A stretch of DNA of 63,406 nucleotides, the filler included, from Chiloscyllium plagiosum (lineage: Eukaryota), in assembly GCF_004010195.1 (NCBI RefSeq). It is 3 parts of one record of this genome, joined end to end, with 100 filler letters (N's around TTAATTAATTAA, not from the genome) between each part and the next. Parts side by side here need not be neighbours in the genome. Positions count along the whole stretch, not along the records: positions 55,330 to 63,406 come from NC_057710.1; 2 more parts are not named here. The stretch is one strand, 5' to 3'. How positions within the stretch are numbered: the first letter of the stretch is position 1; each line of letters starts with the position of its first letter. Positions 61,600-63,406 of this stretch are shown here, piece after piece. Both the position numbers and the translations under genes were made by a program. The notes under the pieces are model-generated. The model ran no database searches. It was not told where the DNA came from and saw only the letters and a list, made by a program, of their open reading frames with translations.

Positions 61600-63406
61600 C
61601 CGCATTAAAAGGGACTTACCTCGGGAGTCGGGCCTCCATTTGCCGAGAGGTGCGAGGGAGGAGCAAAGGACTTCTGGGAAGTCATATATTTGTTGCGTTA
61701 CCCGAAACACTACTCGGGTGGTGTCTCACACTCATCCTCTTCCTCTAACCAAAAAAAAGGACCTGTGCGCCAGATCGGTAAGGTAATGAGTTTATTTTTT
61801 AATTCCTTATTTTTTCATCAGTCTCTTTGGGAATTTAGAATAGTGGGAATGGAGGTTAGGGCAGTTGAATATTTCTCCTGCAGAATATGGGAGTTAAGGG
61901 TCACCACTAGTGTCCCTGCTGACTACATCTGCGGGAAGTGCACCGAACTTCAGCATCTCGAAAACCGCATTAGGGAACTGGAGTTGGAGCTGGATGAACT
62001 TTGGATCATTCAGAAGGCAAAGGGGGTTATTGAGAAGAGTTACAGGGAGGTAGTCACTCTTAAGGTACAAGAAAAAGGCAAATGAGTTACAGTCAGGGGA
62101 CGGAAAGGGAACCGGCAGGCAGTGCAGGGATCCCCTCAACAATAAGTATACATTTTGGATACTGTTGGGGGGACGACTTACCAGGGGAAAGCAGTGGGGT
62201 ACAGGGCTCTGGCACAGAGTCTGTCCCTGCTGCTCAGAAGGGAAAGGGGAAGAGGAGCAGAGCAGTAGTCATTGGGGACTCCATAGTTAGGGGGACAGAT
62301 AGGAGGTTCTGTGGGGACAAGATAGACTCACAGTTGGTGTTTTGCCTCCCACATGCCAGGGGTCGTAATGTCCCTGATCATGTTTTTGGGATACTTAAGG
62401 GGGAGGGGGAGCAGCCCCAAGTCTTGGTCCACATAGGCACCAACGACATAGGTAGGAAGAGAGATGGGGATTTAAGGCAGAAATTTAAGGAGCTAGGATG
62501 GAAGTTTAGAGCTAGGACGAACAGAATTGTTGTCTCTGGTTTGTTGCCCGCGCCACGTGCTAGTGAAGCAAGGAATAGGGAGCGAGAGGAGTTGAACACG
62601 TGGCTACAGGGATGGTGCAGGAGGGAGGGTTTTGAATTCTTGGATAATTGGGGCTCTTTCTAGAGTAGGTGGGACCTCTACAAGCAGGATGGTCTTCATC
62701 TGAACTAGAGGGGTACCAATATCCTTGGGGGGAAATTCGCTAAGGCTATTGAGGTGGGTTTAAACTAATCCAGCAGGGGAATGGGAACCAAAATCGTAGT
62801 TCAAGTATAGAAAAGGTTGAGAGTAGGGAGATCCAAAATCAAGTTTCAGGGACGTATGGTGGCACCGCCAAGCAAGAAGTTGGTTTGAAGTGTGTCTACT
62901 TCAATGCCAGGAGCATTCGGAATAAGGTGGGTGAACTTGCAGCATGGGTTGGTGCCTGGGACTTCGATGTTGTGGCCATTTTGGAGACATGGTTAGAGCA
63001 GGGACAGGAATGGTTGTTGCAGTTTCCAGGATTTAGATGTTTCAGTAAGAACAGAGAAGATGGTAAAAGAGGGGGAGATGTGGCATTGTTGGTCAAGGAC
63101 AGTATGACAGTTGCAGAAAAGATGTTTGGGGACTTGTCAACTGAGGTAGTGTGGGCCGAAGTTAGAAATAGGAAAGGAGAGATCACCCTGTTGGGAGTTT
63201 TCTATAGGCCTCCGAATAGTTCCAGAGATGTAGAGGAAAGGACAGCAAAGATGATTCTCGATAGGAGTGAGAAAGACAGGTTAGTTGTCATGGGGGACTT
63301 CAACTTCCCAAATATTGACTGGGAACACGATAGTACGAGTACTATAGATGGGTCAGTTTTTGTCCAGCGTGTGCAGGAGGGCTTCCTGACACAGTATGTA
63401 GACAGG
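61600..63406 (+). mobile_element. CR1 LINE 5' part: 5' UTR, disrupted ORF1 (Zn-finger/leucine zipper plus SGNH esterase), start of ORF2 APE
   Basis: CGKCTELQHLENRIRELELEL; VVIGDSIVRG; HIGTNDIG; CVYFNARSIRNK...FDVVAILETWL; VVMGDFNFP. Confidence 0.95.

Noticed and set aside
1..63406. CRISPR arrays, operons or prokaryotic defence systems
   Set aside because: No regularly spaced repeat-spacer array or gene-dense region; the content is vertebrate TE-rich DNA

Overview
Repeat-rich eukaryotic (vertebrate) genomic DNA. The TE complement suggests a cartilaginous fish, probably a shark (inference): CR1/HER1-type LINEs, HE1-type tRNA SINEs, Penelope-like elements (PLEs), Tx1 and L2 relics. No long intact host ORF is present. 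The recognisable long ORFs in the track are TE fragments or run through N gaps. Hidden in the unique sequence is a phase-compatible chain of very short minus-strand candidate exons (24, 63, 35 or 28, 43, 33 and 55 nt, spread over about 26 kb) encoding a peptide I cannot assign to a known gene. The window also holds many PLE-derived elements carrying minimal hammerhead ribozyme motifs, at least two of which look structurally intact. Many of these are short fold-back units flanked by 10-19 bp target-site duplications (TSDs). Other oddities: a 117-bp direct duplication around a 98-bp SINE tail, a fold-back with ~360-bp arms split by a CR1 insertion, and two artificial 100-bp N/TTAATTAATTAA scaffold spacers. 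TE boundaries are approximate and were read by eye.
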